54,185 bases of DNA from an uncultured Clostridia bacterium (GCA_944387395.1 CALXEU010000066.1:1-54185); one strand, 5' to 3'. Numbered from the stretch's first letter, positions 42,411 through 52,544 are shown. Translations and numbers: made by a program. Notes: generated by a model from the letters alone, not told the origin.

Positions 42411-44869
42411 ACATTTTCTCCTTTAATTACAATTTCTTCGCCTTCGACTGTAGCAATTGCTTTTTCACCTGGTTTAACAATTCCGTCTAAAATAGCTTCT
42501 GCTATTTTATCTTCTAACATATTTTGAATAGCTCTTCTTAGAGGTCTTGCTCCATATGCTTTGTCAACACCTTTTTCTGCAATTTTTTTCTTTACACTAT
42601 CTTCTATTTCTAATTTTATATTTTGTTCTTCCATACGTTTTGTTACTTGAGAAAGCATTATATCAATTATTTTTTTTATATCCTCATCATCAAGTTTATG
42701 GAATACTATAATATCATCAATACGGTTTATAAGTTCTGGTCTAAATTGCTTTTTAAGTTCAGCCATTACCTCTTTCTTAGTATCTTCATATTCTTGCTTT
42801 TTATTTTCTTCTTTATTATTTCCTGCAAACCCTAGTTTATTTTTATCTGTAATTAATCTTGCTCCAACATTTGATGTCATAATTATAATTGTATTTTTAA
42901 AGTTTACTGTTCTTCCCTGTGAATCTGTTAGTCTTCCATCTTCTAGAATTTGCAATAGCATATTCATAACATCAGGATGTGCTTTTTCTACTTCATCAAA
43001 TAGAATTACACAATAAGGTTTTCTTCTTACTTTTTCAGTTAATTGTCCACCTTCGTCATATCCAACATATCCTGGAGGGGATCCTATTAATTTTGCAACT
43101 GAATGAGATTCCATAAATTCAGACATATCTATTCTTATCATTGCTGATTCATTTCCAAACATTGCCTCTGATAAAGCTTTTGCAAGTTCTGTTTTTCCAA
43201 CACCAGTTGGGCCTAAAAATAGGAATGAACCTGTTGGTCTATTTGGATCTTTTAATCCAACCCTACCTCTTCTTATTGCCTTACTTACTGCTTCTACAGC
43301 TTCATTTTGGCCAATAACTCTTTTATGCAAATTTTCCTCTAAATTTTTAAGTTTTTCATTTTCAGTTTGAGTTATTTTAGAAATTGGAATACCAGTCCAA
43401 CTTGCTATTACTTGGGCAATATCTTCTTCTTTTAGTGTCATTACCTTTTTTGTATTATTATCTTTCCACTTTTTCTGCTTATCTAGTAATTCAGCTCTTT
43501 TCTTCTTTTCATCATCTCTCAATTTAGCTGCTGTTTCAAAGTTTTGTGTTGCAATTGCTTCTTCTTTTTCCTTTGTAACCTTCTCTATTTCTTCTTCAAG
43601 TTTCTTTATTGAATCTGGTTTCGTATATACCTGCATTTTTAGTTTAGAAGAAGCTTCGTCAATTAAGTCTATAGCTTTATCTGGCAAATATCTATCATTA
43701 ACATATCTTGTAGATAATTCTACAGCTGATTTTATTGCCTCATCTGTTATCTTAACATTATGATGTGCCTCATATTTATCTCTTAGTCCTTCTAGTATTT
43801 TTATTGCATCCTCTTCAGATGGCTCTTGTACCATAACTGGACTAAATCTACGTTCTAATGCTGCATCTTTTTCTATGTATTTTCTATACTCGTTTGTTGT
43901 TGTTGCTCCTATAACTTGAATTTCTCCTCTTGCAAGAAGTGGCTTTAAAATATTTGCTGCATCTACTGCACCTTCTGCAGAACCTGCACCAACTATTGTG
44001 TGAATTTCATCTATAAATAAAATTACATCTCCTGCTTTTTTTACCTCTTCTAGAGATTTTTTAATTCTTTCCTCAAAGTCTCCTCTATATTTAGCTCCAG
44101 CAACCATACTAGAAATATCGACGCTTACAACTCTTTTATCTTTAAGCATTTCTGGTACATCACCTGCTACTATTTTTTCCGATAAACCTTCTGCTATTGC
44201 AGTTTTACCAACTCCGGGTTCTCCTATTAAACAAGGATTATTCTTTGTCCTTCTTGATAAAATTTGAATTACTCTATCTATTTCATTGTCTCTGCCTATT
44301 ACAGGATCTAATTTCCCTTCTTCAGCTTTTCTTGTTAAATCTGTTCCGTACTGGTTTAGTGTTGGTGTAGAATTAAAACTTCCACCCTTTCTTACATGGT
44401 CTTTATCTGTTTGTTTTCCAGAATCAGTTTCATTTATTATTTTTATAAGCTCATTGTATAATTTTTGTGGATTTACATTTAAATCCATCATAATTCTTAC
44501 TGCAACACTATCTCCTTCCCTCATAATTCCAACAAGAATATGTTCAGTTCCTATAAATTCAGAATTTTGTCTACGTGCTTCTGCAAAAGCATTTTCAATT
44601 ATTCTTTTACTTCTAGGGGTGAATCCTATATCATCCGAATTTTCAATAGCTCCTTCTTCATTTATTCCAATTAATTCTTCTATTTTATCTAGAACAAACT
44701 CAGAAGTTACTCCCTGATTAGCAAGGACTTTGCTTGCAACTCCATTTTTTTCTTCAACCAATCCATACAAAATATGCTCAGATCCTATGTAGTTATGTCC
44801 TAAACTTGCAGCTAGTTCATTTGCTATTTCAAATGCTTGTTCTGCACTATTTGTAAATTTATATTTCAT
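42407..44869 (-). CDS. clpC: ATP-dependent Clp protease ATP-binding subunit ClpC
   Basis: Two AAA modules (GEPGVGKT, GPTGVGKT), UVR coiled coil, operon context. Confidence 0.96.
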   Translation of the reverse strand: MKYKFTNSAEQAFEIANELAASLGHNYIGSEHILYGLVEEKNGVASKVLANQGVTSEFVLDKIEELIGINEEGAIENSDDIGFTPRSKRIIENAFAEARRQNSEFIGTEHILVGIMREGDSVAVRIMMDLNVNPQKLYNELIKIINETDSGKQTDKDHVRKGGSFNSTPTLNQYGTDLTRKAEEGKLDPVIGRDNEIDRVIQILSRRTKNNPCLIGEPGVGKTAIAEGLSEKIVAGDVPEMLKDKRVVSVDISSMVAGAKYRGDFEERIKKSLEEVKKAGDVILFIDEIHTIVGAGSAEGAVDAANILKPLLARGEIQVIGATTTNEYRKYIEKDAALERRFSPVMVQEPSEEDAIKILEGLRDKYEAHHNVKITDEAIKSAVELSTRYVNDRYLPDKAIDLIDEASSKLKMQVYTKPDSIKKLEEEIEKVTKEKEEAIATQNFETAAKLRDDEKKKRAELLDKQKKWKDNNTKKVMTLKEEDIAQVIASWTGIPISKITQTENEKLKNLEENLHKRVIGQNEAVEAVSKAIRRGRVGLKDPNRPTGSFLFLGPTGVGKTELAKALSEAMFGNESAMIRIDMSEFMESHSVAKLIGSPPGYVGYDEGGQLTEKVRRKPYCVILFDEVEKAHPDVMNMLLQILEDGRLTDSQGRTVNFKNTIIIMTSNVGARLITDKNKLGFAGNNKEENKKQEYEDTKKEVMAELKKQFRPELINRIDDIIVFHKLDDEDIKKIIDIMLSQVTKRMEEQNIKLEIEDSVKKKIAEKGVDKAYGARPLRRAIQNMLEDKIAEAILDGIVKPGEKAIATVEGEEIVIKGENV

Positions 44870-44896
44870 GTTTATCTTTCCTTTCTATTATTAATT

Positions 44897-45913
44897 TTAA
44901 TTACTTATTATTTGCCTTATTAATTCTGTTCTTTTTGAATCTCTTTCACTTTCCGTCATTTCATTGCCATAATATTTTTGTAAATTTGCAGGTTTTGTAT
45001 ATAGGAATAATTTCTTTACCTTTGCATCATCTAATTCCCTTATTATTCCCATATCTGTACCAAGCTTTACATCTGAAAGTAAATTTATGCATTCTGTGCT
45101 TGAAAGTAATCTTGCATTTTTTAGTATTCCAAACGATCTATATAATTTATCTTCAAACCTTAGCTTGTTTTTTCCTAAGTATTTTCTAGCAATTCTTTCT
45201 TGTTCTATAACTTTATCTGTAATAGCTTGCATGTTCTTTGCTATTTCTTGTTCGTTTATTCCTAATGTTTGATTATTAGAAATTTGATACATATCTCCCA
45301 TGCTTTGTGAACCTTCTCCATAAACGCCTCTAATACTCATTCCAAAATTATTTATTATTCTAAATAATTTATTTAAATTTCCTGTCTCACTTAAAGCTGG
45401 CAAATGAACCATTACTGAAATTCTCATTCCTGTCCCTACATTTGTTGGGCATGCTGTTAAAAATCCATATTTTTTGCTAAATGCATATGATAATTTCTTT
45501 TCTATTTTTTCATCTAATTCTATTGCAAAATTAGTAAGTGACTCTATTGCTGATCCTTCTGAAAAAGTTTGTATTCTTAAATGATCCTCTTCATTTATCA
45601 TAATACATATATTTTCTTCTTTGTTTAACAATATTCCTGTACTTTTGTCATCTTTTTTTGCAAATTCTGGGCTTATTATATGTTCCTCTACTAGCGACAT
45701 TTTACTAATTGGATCAATATTTTTTAACTTTAATAAATTTAATCCATATCCTAAGCTTGGTACAATTTCTTCAACTTTATTTAATATATTGTTTTTATCT
45801 TCATTATTACATTCATTTTCAAATGGGAATCCTTCTAAATTTCTTGCAAGTCTTACTCTTGTACTTATTACAACATCTGAATCTTTACCATTTTGTAAAT
45901 ACCAATTCGACAT
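44897..45913 (-). CDS. mcsB: Protein arginine kinase McsB
   Basis: STRVRLARN, NEEDHLR, CPTNVGTGMR. Confidence 0.95.
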   Translation of the reverse strand: MSNWYLQNGKDSDVVISTRVRLARNLEGFPFENECNNEDKNNILNKVEEIVPSLGYGLNLLKLKNIDPISKMSLVEEHIISPEFAKKDDKSTGILLNKEENICIMINEEDHLRIQTFSEGSAIESLTNFAIELDEKIEKKLSYAFSKKYGFLTACPTNVGTGMRISVMVHLPALSETGNLNKLFRIINNFGMSIRGVYGEGSQSMGDMYQISNNQTLGINEQEIAKNMQAITDKVIEQERIARKYLGKNKLRFEDKLYRSFGILKNARLLSSTECINLLSDVKLGTDMGIIRELDDAKVKKLFLYTKPANLQKYYGNEMTESERDSKRTELIRQIISN

Positions 45914-45919
45914 CTTCCT

Positions 45920-46513
45920 TTACTCCTTTCTTAATTTTTTTATATTATCTCTTATTACTGCTGCATCTTCATATCTTTCTTCTTTAATTGCTTTTGCTAA
46001 ATCATTTTCTAATTTTTTCAATTCGTCTTCTTCATTGTTAATATCAGTTTTAATTTTTGCATTTTCTATTGTTTCATTTTTTTCTTTATTTTTTAATGAA
46101 CTATTTTCTCCAACGTTTTCTAGTTTTTTATCTATATTTAAAGGTTTTCTGCCTGTATGCATTATATGTCCTTGTATATTTTTTAAAATTTGGTCTAATC
46201 GGTCTGAAAATGCATCATAACAATCTGGGCATCCTAATAATCCTGTTTTTACAAATTCGTCATAGCTTTGTCCACAATTTTCACACTTTTGTGATTTTTG
46301 TTTTACAAAACTTGGAAGGCTTAAACTATCTTCATAATCATCAAAAAAGTCTCCTAGGAAATTTGAAAAGTTCATTGGCAAACTCATTGTAAAGTCTCCT
46401 ATTTCCTTTTTGTTTGCACATTCTTCACATAGTATCATTTCTTTTTTTTCTCCATTTATTATTTGAGTATATTTTACATTTGCTTCATTTTTTCCACAAT
46501 TTTGACATAACAT
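45920..46513 (-). CDS. mcsA: McsA, protein arginine kinase activator
   Basis: Four CxxC motifs and UVR domain (ERYEDAAVIRD). Confidence 0.95.
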   Translation of the reverse strand: MLCQNCGKNEANVKYTQIINGEKKEMILCEECANKKEIGDFTMSLPMNFSNFLGDFFDDYEDSLSLPSFVKQKSQKCENCGQSYDEFVKTGLLGCPDCYDAFSDRLDQILKNIQGHIMHTGRKPLNIDKKLENVGENSSLKNKEKNETIENAKIKTDINNEEDELKKLENDLAKAIKEERYEDAAVIRDNIKKLRKE

Positions 46514-46616
46514 AATAATTACCTTATATAATATATTTAAATTAATAATAATCTAATATATTTATATATTCCTTTCTCCATCAAATTTAGGCTTAATGGT
46601 AACCTTTTTTATTATA

Positions 46617-47066
46617 TTAGTCCTCTACTAAGTTTACTAACATGTTTTTAAATATATTTGCTCGTAGTCTGTCTCTGTCTTTGGTGTCTATTATTAATAC
46701 ATTATCGCTTGTTGCAACTTTTAAAAGTTTTGCTTCGGTTTTGCTTATCATATTATAAGATAGAAAGTTGCTTATAAATATTGAAACTTCCTGTGCTGTA
46801 ATTGAATCTCCTATACTTGAGATTATATGCATTAAGTAGTTACTTTTTGTAATATTTACTTTTGATATTGTAATGTGTCCTCCACCACCTCTAACGCTTT
46901 CTACATAATAGCCTTGTGAGGGTTTGAACCTTGTCGATATAACATAATTTATTTGTGATGGAACACAATTAAATTTTTCTGCTAAATCATTTCTTTGAAT
47001 TTCTATAGATTTTTCATCTTCTAACATTTCTTTTATAAATTCTTCTATCATATCTGACAATTTCAT
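46617..47066 (-). CDS. ctsR: Class III stress gene repressor CtsR
   Basis: CVPSQINYVISTRF and ESVRGGGG. Confidence 0.95.
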   Translation of the reverse strand: MKLSDMIEEFIKEMLEDEKSIEIQRNDLAEKFNCVPSQINYVISTRFKPSQGYYVESVRGGGGHITISKVNITKSNYLMHIISSIGDSITAQEVSIFISNFLSYNMISKTEAKLLKVATSDNVLIIDTKDRDRLRANIFKNMLVNLVED

Positions 47067-47084
47067 ATTCTCGCCTCTTTTCTT

Positions 47085-47142
47085 TTTGACTTTGACTTTC
47101 TTTGACCTATATATAGTATAGCACTTTTTTTATTTTAGTCAA
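47085..47142 (-). promoter_or_regulatory. ctsR operon promoter with CtsR operator heptads
   Basis: TTGACT-16-TATACT followed by GGTCAAA-GAA-AGTCAAA and an overlapping third AGTCAAA. Confidence 0.88.
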
Positions 47143-47400
47143 TATTTTTTCTTCAATTTTTTTGTTTTATTTTTCTCTTTTCTTTTTAGTTATTTTGTCA
47201 AATCTATTTGCGTTTTCCTTTTGTTTGTCTAGTGGTAACCAAGAAAAATATGTTGTTACAAATTCACCATGTTTTGTAACATTATGATTTTCTTCTAAAT
47301 TTTGATTATCTTCTTTCAAAAAAATGCACCTCTTTTCTATTTTTATTTGTAAATTATTTTTACAAATATTATATCTTAGTTTGATGCATTTTTATTTTTA

Positions 47401-48279
47401 TTATTCATTTAATATATATTTTTTTAGTGCTTGTGCTACACCATTGTTATTATTACTTTCTACAACTTCGTCAGCAATTTGCTTCATATATGGAGCACTG
47501 TTTCCCATTATTATTCCTAAACCTGCATTTTCGATCATTTCCTTATCATTTCTGTTGTCTCCTATTGCAATTATTTCTTCTTCTTTTATATTTAGTTTCT
47601 TTGCAAGTTCTTGTATTGCAGACCATTTGTTTACTCCAGTTGTTGTTATTTCTGTATAAAAGTACTCTACTGTGTTTTCCTCTGTTCCAGTTGTAATTAC
47701 TTTTCTTGCCATATGTTCTACATCTAAAACATCTATTCCTTTTATTTGTCTTAGTCTTTTTATGCTTCTTTCAAATATAATTGAACTTTTATCACATATA
47801 GTCATTTTTAAAACATTTACATTTTCATTTTGTTCTATATAATTATATATGTTTTGTATTACTTTTATTTTTGTCTTTTGAGAATCTACTACTTTTTTAT
47901 TCTCGTTATTATAAAATAAAACATTATAATTTAGAGAATTTGCTATTACAAAGTCTCCTGTATATATACTATAAAATATGCTATTTTCATCGCAAAATTT
48001 TATTATTTCTAGTATTTTTTTCTTATCTATAAATTTATCATATAATATTTTTTCGTTTTTTATATCGTATAAGAGAGCTCCATTTCCACATATAATATAG
48101 TTATTAGCTCCTATTTCATTTGCAAAACTTTTTGCAGAAGATATTGGTCTTCCTGATGCAATTACTATCTCTACTCCTTTTTCTATTGAATTTTTTATTG
48201 CATTTTTGTTTTCTGTTGAAATCTGGCTATATGAATTTAATAACGTTCCATCTAAATCTATGGCTACTAATTTGTACAT
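47401..48279 (-). CDS. Cof-type HAD-IIB hydrolase
   Basis: DLDGTL, ASGR, GDNRND. Confidence 0.93.
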   Translation of the reverse strand: MYKLVAIDLDGTLLNSYSQISTENKNAIKNSIEKGVEIVIASGRPISSAKSFANEIGANNYIICGNGALLYDIKNEKILYDKFIDKKKILEIIKFCDENSIFYSIYTGDFVIANSLNYNVLFYNNENKKVVDSQKTKIKVIQNIYNYIEQNENVNVLKMTICDKSSIIFERSIKRLRQIKGIDVLDVEHMARKVITTGTEENTVEYFYTEITTTGVNKWSAIQELAKKLNIKEEEIIAIGDNRNDKEMIENAGLGIIMGNSAPYMKQIADEVVESNNNNGVAQALKKYILNE

Positions 48280-48486
48280 AAATTATTTTCTGCTCCTTTC
48301 TTATCTTATTATTTTAATATATTTATTTAAACAATTCAATGTTTTATTTCATAATTTTACGTTTATTATTTTTATAGAAAAAATTTCCAGTTTATTTCTT
48401 GAAATTTTACGCATTATATATATTGAAAAAGCAAATTTGTTTTTTCAAATATATTAATATTCACATTCTAGGAGGTGAAAATAATT

Positions 48487-48693
48487 ATGGCACATTCATC
48501 AGGAAATAGCAACTACAAAGTAGTTCCAGAAGCTGCTGATTCATTAAACAGATTTAAACATGAAGTAGCTAATGAATTTGGTGTAACACTTAAAGATGGA
48601 TACAATGGTGATTTATCTTCAAGAGACGCTGGTAGAATAGGTGGACAAATGGTTAAGAAATTAATCCAACAAGCTGAAAGCCAAATGAAATAG
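48487..48693 (+). CDS. Alpha/beta-type small acid-soluble spore protein
   Basis: KHEVANEFGV and GRIGGQMVKKLI; SD GGAGGTG before the ATG at 48487. Confidence 0.92.
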   Translation: MAHSSGNSNYKVVPEAADSLNRFKHEVANEFGVTLKDGYNGDLSSRDAGRIGGQMVKKLIQQAESQMK

Positions 48694-48900
48694 TTTTAGT
48701 TTTAAATTATTAGTATAATAGATTTTTAGAATTTAATTTGTATTTAATTACAAAATAAATTAATTAGAATTTATTATAAGATTTATAACTATTATTATTA
48801 GACAGGATTTTAAGTTTTGTTTTATATATTTTATTATTTAGTAATTGTTTATGTTTTTTTCTTATTATTAATAAATGATTATTTAAATGATTAGATACAT

Positions 48901-48929
48901 AAGGCAGGATTTATTATCCTGCCTCTTTT
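48901..48929. terminator. Terminator hairpin between convergent genes
   Basis: AGGCAGGAT / ATCCTGCCT then CTTTT. Confidence 0.7.
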
Positions 48930-48939
48930 GTTTATAAGT

Positions 48940-49491
48940 TTAAGAGATATGTTCTAATCTTCTTATAATTTTGTATTGATAGTTTTCATATTTGTCTATA
49001 CATTTTCTTAAAAGTTCTTTATATTCCTTTGAATTTTCTTTATGCTTTGTTTTGCAAAATGCTTGTATAAGTGTTGTTTCTATTATTTTATGATTATATT
49101 TTACTATATCTGGACTGATTTGTAGTGTTTTATTTCTATTGTTTTTTACAAATGTATTTTCCATTCTTTTTATTGTATAATCTTCTGGTGCAAATCCTAG
49201 TATTACTCTTACTTTTTCCATACTGTTTGCAATTTCTATTTCAGCAATTTCATCATACATTTTTTTAATTGCACTACTTACTATTTCCACTGTTCCAGAT
49301 TTTTGGTATCTTGTTGGTAAATCTATGTTTATTTCTTTTTCTCTAATATCTAATTCAGGAACATTTATATTTTTATAATTTATATTTAAACTGAGACTTT
49401 TTCCTAAAACACTTACTGTTAGATATGTTTTTATTGTAACTGGTTTGGTAATATCTATTATTTTATTATTTTTTTGTTTTAGTATGCTCAT
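48940..49491 (-). CDS. Hypothetical protein resembling the YgjP/DUF45 metallopeptidase-like family but lacking HExxH
   Basis: C-terminal IIETTLIQAFCKTKHKENSKEYKELL matches by eye the spacing of the IDYVVVHELCH..H..HS..FW pattern. Confidence 0.5.
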   Translation of the reverse strand: MSILKQKNNKIIDITKPVTIKTYLTVSVLGKSLSLNINYKNINVPELDIREKEINIDLPTRYQKSGTVEIVSSAIKKMYDEIAEIEIANSMEKVRVILGFAPEDYTIKRMENTFVKNNRNKTLQISPDIVKYNHKIIETTLIQAFCKTKHKENSKEYKELLRKCIDKYENYQYKIIRRLEHIS

Positions 49492-49511
49492 TTAATGTTC
49501 CTCCTTTTATT

Positions 49512-49558
49512 AAACATCTGTTTGTATGTATGATATATCTTTTTTTGTTATTTGTCAA
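49512..49558 (-). promoter_or_regulatory. Promoter with a palindromic operator resembling a LexA box
   Basis: TTGACA-17-TATCAT, then AAAC-AGAT-GTTT at the predicted transcription start. Confidence 0.5.
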
Positions 49559-49596
49559 TATGTTTCTTAAACTTTAATTATTTTTCTTGTTTATAA

Positions 49597-51504
49597 TCAA
49601 TAACCTGTTTTAGGTAGTTTTCTTTTAACTTCTGTGTTATAAATGGTTGAAACTGTTTCTATATCTTCACACATTTTATATGAATTATAATTTGCTTCTA
49701 ATATTGCATAATTTTTTATTTGCGTTTCATTTTTTAAGTTATCATTTATTTTAGTATATATTCTTAAGTTTTCTGTATTTGTAAAATTCTTGTCTACATT
49801 TCCAAATTCTATTTTAATTTCTGTTATAATTTCGTCTTCTTTTAAATTTATTTTAGCAAAATCTATATTGTAATTTTCTTTACTATTTAATCCTTCTTCT
49901 AATAAAGTATATTCTATGTTTTTACTTGTCTTATAATACACATTATAATTTACCTCTAAGTTATATGTTCCTGTGGATATTCTTAATATCTTTTCTGTAT
50001 TATTGGAGATAACATTATAAAATGTAAAATTTTCTACTGCAGTATTTCCTGTGTTTTCTATTTTAAATTCGTATTCATGTTCTGCATTGGAACTAATTGT
50101 ATTCTTTGTATAACAGTTAATATCTATTTTTGGATTTTCTCTTTCTGTTTCTTTTATATCCTCTGTATTCTCTATTTCTGTATCTTCTGTCGGCATTTCT
50201 TGTATTTGTTCCTCTTTTTCTTCTATTGTTTCTTCACTTTCTTGCTCCTGTTCTTCTTGTATTTCTTCTGAATCTTTGCCTGGAGTTATGATTTCTTCTT
50301 CATTTTCATTTTTTTCAGATTCATTTATTTCTTGTTCTTCATTCGGACTTTCTTGTATGTCTTCTTTTTCAGCTTCTTGCTTTTCAAATTCCTGATTAGC
50401 TATTTCTACTAAATTATAAATTTGTTTTATAACTTCTTGTCCTCTCTTATTTAATTCATTATTTTTATTATCTATTTCAGTTTCTTCTTCCTGCAATTTA
50501 TCTTCTTCGTTTTCTTTATTTTCTAAATCATCCTTAGTCTCTTCTGCATTAGCATTTTCTTCTTTTTCTTCCGCTTCTGTCTCTTTTTCAATATTTATGA
50601 TATTAGTTTTTTTGTCTTCTATTATTTTTCCTTCTTCTAAATTTTCATTACTTACATTATTAGTATTATTCTCTTTATTATCAATCACAACTTGAGTATC
50701 TTTACTCTCTTTTTGTACTTCATTATCTAAATTATTATCTTCTTTTTCTACCTCATCATTAGAATTTTCAAGTGCAATTTTATCATTGTCCTCTATTTTT
50801 TCAGCTTCGTTTTCATTAACATTGTCTTGTGTAAATTCTTGACTATCTACTTTAGAAATAATTTCATTTTGAGTTTCATTTTCAGTTTTGCTTTCTTCTT
50901 TTTTCTCTATTTCGGCATCTTCTACTTCTTCATCAATTATCTCTTCTTTGACTATATTTTGCTTTGTATCTTCCATTTTAGTCTCTTCTGTTTTTTCTTT
51001 AATCTCTTCCTTTATTATAATTTCATCTTCTTCACTCTCATTTAATTTTTTCTCTTCTTTTATCTCTCTTAGCTCTTCGTTAATTGATTTTAATTCTTTA
51101 TTATTAATAATCCAATATAAGGCTTCATAAGTAGCTAAATAGGCATCATCTTCTATTGGTAAATTTGTTTTGTTTTCTATAGTATATCCGTTTTTTAAAA
51201 TTGTGGCTATTCTTATATCTTCTATTTGTTCTATATTACTTGTGTCTATTTTAATTTCTTTATCTGTGCCTTTATTTAAAATATATACTGGTATTTTATT
51301 ATCTTCACAATCTTTATAATAATATTTTGTAATTTTAACATCTTTCCATTCTTTGTTTTGTGTATCGTAATGCTGAATTATTATTTCTTCCACATCTTCT
51401 TCTAATATTTCTTTGGTATTTTCAATTGCATAAGCACTTATATTTGGAAGTAGTATTATAACTATTTGTAACATAATAAATATTTTACTTAATATTTTTT
51501 TCAT
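49597..51504 (-). CDS. Secreted Glu-rich surface protein ending in LPKTGY
   Basis: Signal peptide, long acidic low-complexity region, C-terminal beta domain, terminal LPxTG. Confidence 0.8.
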   Translation of the reverse strand: MKKILSKIFIMLQIVIILLPNISAYAIENTKEILEEDVEEIIIQHYDTQNKEWKDVKITKYYYKDCEDNKIPVYILNKGTDKEIKIDTSNIEQIEDIRIATILKNGYTIENKTNLPIEDDAYLATYEALYWIINNKELKSINEELREIKEEKKLNESEEDEIIIKEEIKEKTEETKMEDTKQNIVKEEIIDEEVEDAEIEKKEESKTENETQNEIISKVDSQEFTQDNVNENEAEKIEDNDKIALENSNDEVEKEDNNLDNEVQKESKDTQVVIDNKENNTNNVSNENLEEGKIIEDKKTNIINIEKETEAEEKEENANAEETKDDLENKENEEDKLQEEETEIDNKNNELNKRGQEVIKQIYNLVEIANQEFEKQEAEKEDIQESPNEEQEINESEKNENEEEIITPGKDSEEIQEEQEQESEETIEEKEEQIQEMPTEDTEIENTEDIKETERENPKIDINCYTKNTISSNAEHEYEFKIENTGNTAVENFTFYNVISNNTEKILRISTGTYNLEVNYNVYYKTSKNIEYTLLEEGLNSKENYNIDFAKINLKEDEIITEIKIEFGNVDKNFTNTENLRIYTKINDNLKNETQIKNYAILEANYNSYKMCEDIETVSTIYNTEVKRKLPKTGY

Positions 51505-51523
51505 ATTATCACATTCCTTTCAG

Positions 51524-52159
51524 TTAAATTTCCACAGCTTGTACACATAAGCGAAGATTTATTTTATTATTTATACACGTAATTAATGTAATTTTATTTT
51601 CTGCTGTATTTTCTAACATTGACCAGTCTGTATCTAATATTTCTTTTACTAAACTTATTTTATAATCTCTTATTCCTAAATTTGTTTGATAAGTAATTTT
51701 ATCACCTATTTTTAGCTCATTTAATCTTGCAAAATATGATACTTTTGCACCTCTATTATGTGCTGCAAGTCCAATATTTCCATTGAATGTTGCAGTATTT
51801 TCTATATGTCCTACATAACTGTTTAATATTTCTTCTGTACTTCCTTCTTTTACTGGGGCTACTAGATTAATTTTTTCTATAATAATCTTTCCTAATAATT
51901 TTTCTGAATTTTCCTCTTGCAAGTCAATTTTATCTTCTTTTGTATTTTGTTCATTTTCTATCATATATTCTTCAATTTCGTTATATTTACTAATATCTGA
52001 AAGTTCCTCTATCTCATTATTTTTATCTTTCGATTCAGCTTCATTTTCATAACTTGCAGTTCTTTGTTCTACAATAACTTTTCTGTCTTTTACTACAATA
52101 TAGCCAACAGATAACACAAATACTGCCGTGACAAATAAAACCAATATACTTTTATGCAT
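51524..52159 (-). CDS. Sortase, class D-like
   Basis: N-terminal TM helix, AAHN, TLITC, downstream Arg; start at 52159 or 52171. Confidence 0.9.
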   Translation of the reverse strand: MHKSILVLFVTAVFVLSVGYIVVKDRKVIVEQRTASYENEAESKDKNNEIEELSDISKYNEIEEYMIENEQNTKEDKIDLQEENSEKLLGKIIIEKINLVAPVKEGSTEEILNSYVGHIENTATFNGNIGLAAHNRGAKVSYFARLNELKIGDKITYQTNLGIRDYKISLVKEILDTDWSMLENTAENKITLITCINNKINLRLCVQAVEI

Positions 52160-52343
52160 ATTAGGCACCATCCCTTCTAAATATAGTAGCTAAAAAGTAC
52201 TAATAATAAATAAGTTAGAGTAATACTTGCTATTTTCTACTTAACTAGCTAAACTATATAATTAATTTAAATTTTGGAATTTTATAAGATTTAATTTTTA
52301 GATTGAATAAATTATTTTGATATATCAAAACTTTGTAAGAATT

Positions 52344-52416
52344 ATTATACTATCTTTTTTATTTTAGTCAATGAGATTTCTTTATTTTGTAATCTATTTC
52401 ATCGCAATATTCGACA
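52344..52416 (-). promoter_or_regulatory. Sortase operon promoter with upstream Spo0A-box match
   Basis: TTGACT-16-TATAAT (52371-52344); TGTCGAA at 52416-52410. Confidence 0.5.
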
Positions 52417-52544
52417 ATATTTTCTTATAAATTACCTATTACATAATTTTTTAAAATTAGTAAAAAATAGGAAAAATTAAAATTTTTCCTTCTAGGAGTT
52501 GCTAACGCAACTCTTTTTTTGATATACTTATATCAAGAGGTAAT

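Noticed and set aside
4948..48693. Longer starts in the ORF track for rplF (5535), rplV (9934), the small ORF (14381), spoVG (15186), dnaB (33328) and the SASP gene (48475)
   Set aside because: Downstream starts have clear SD sequences and, for the known families, match the expected N-termini
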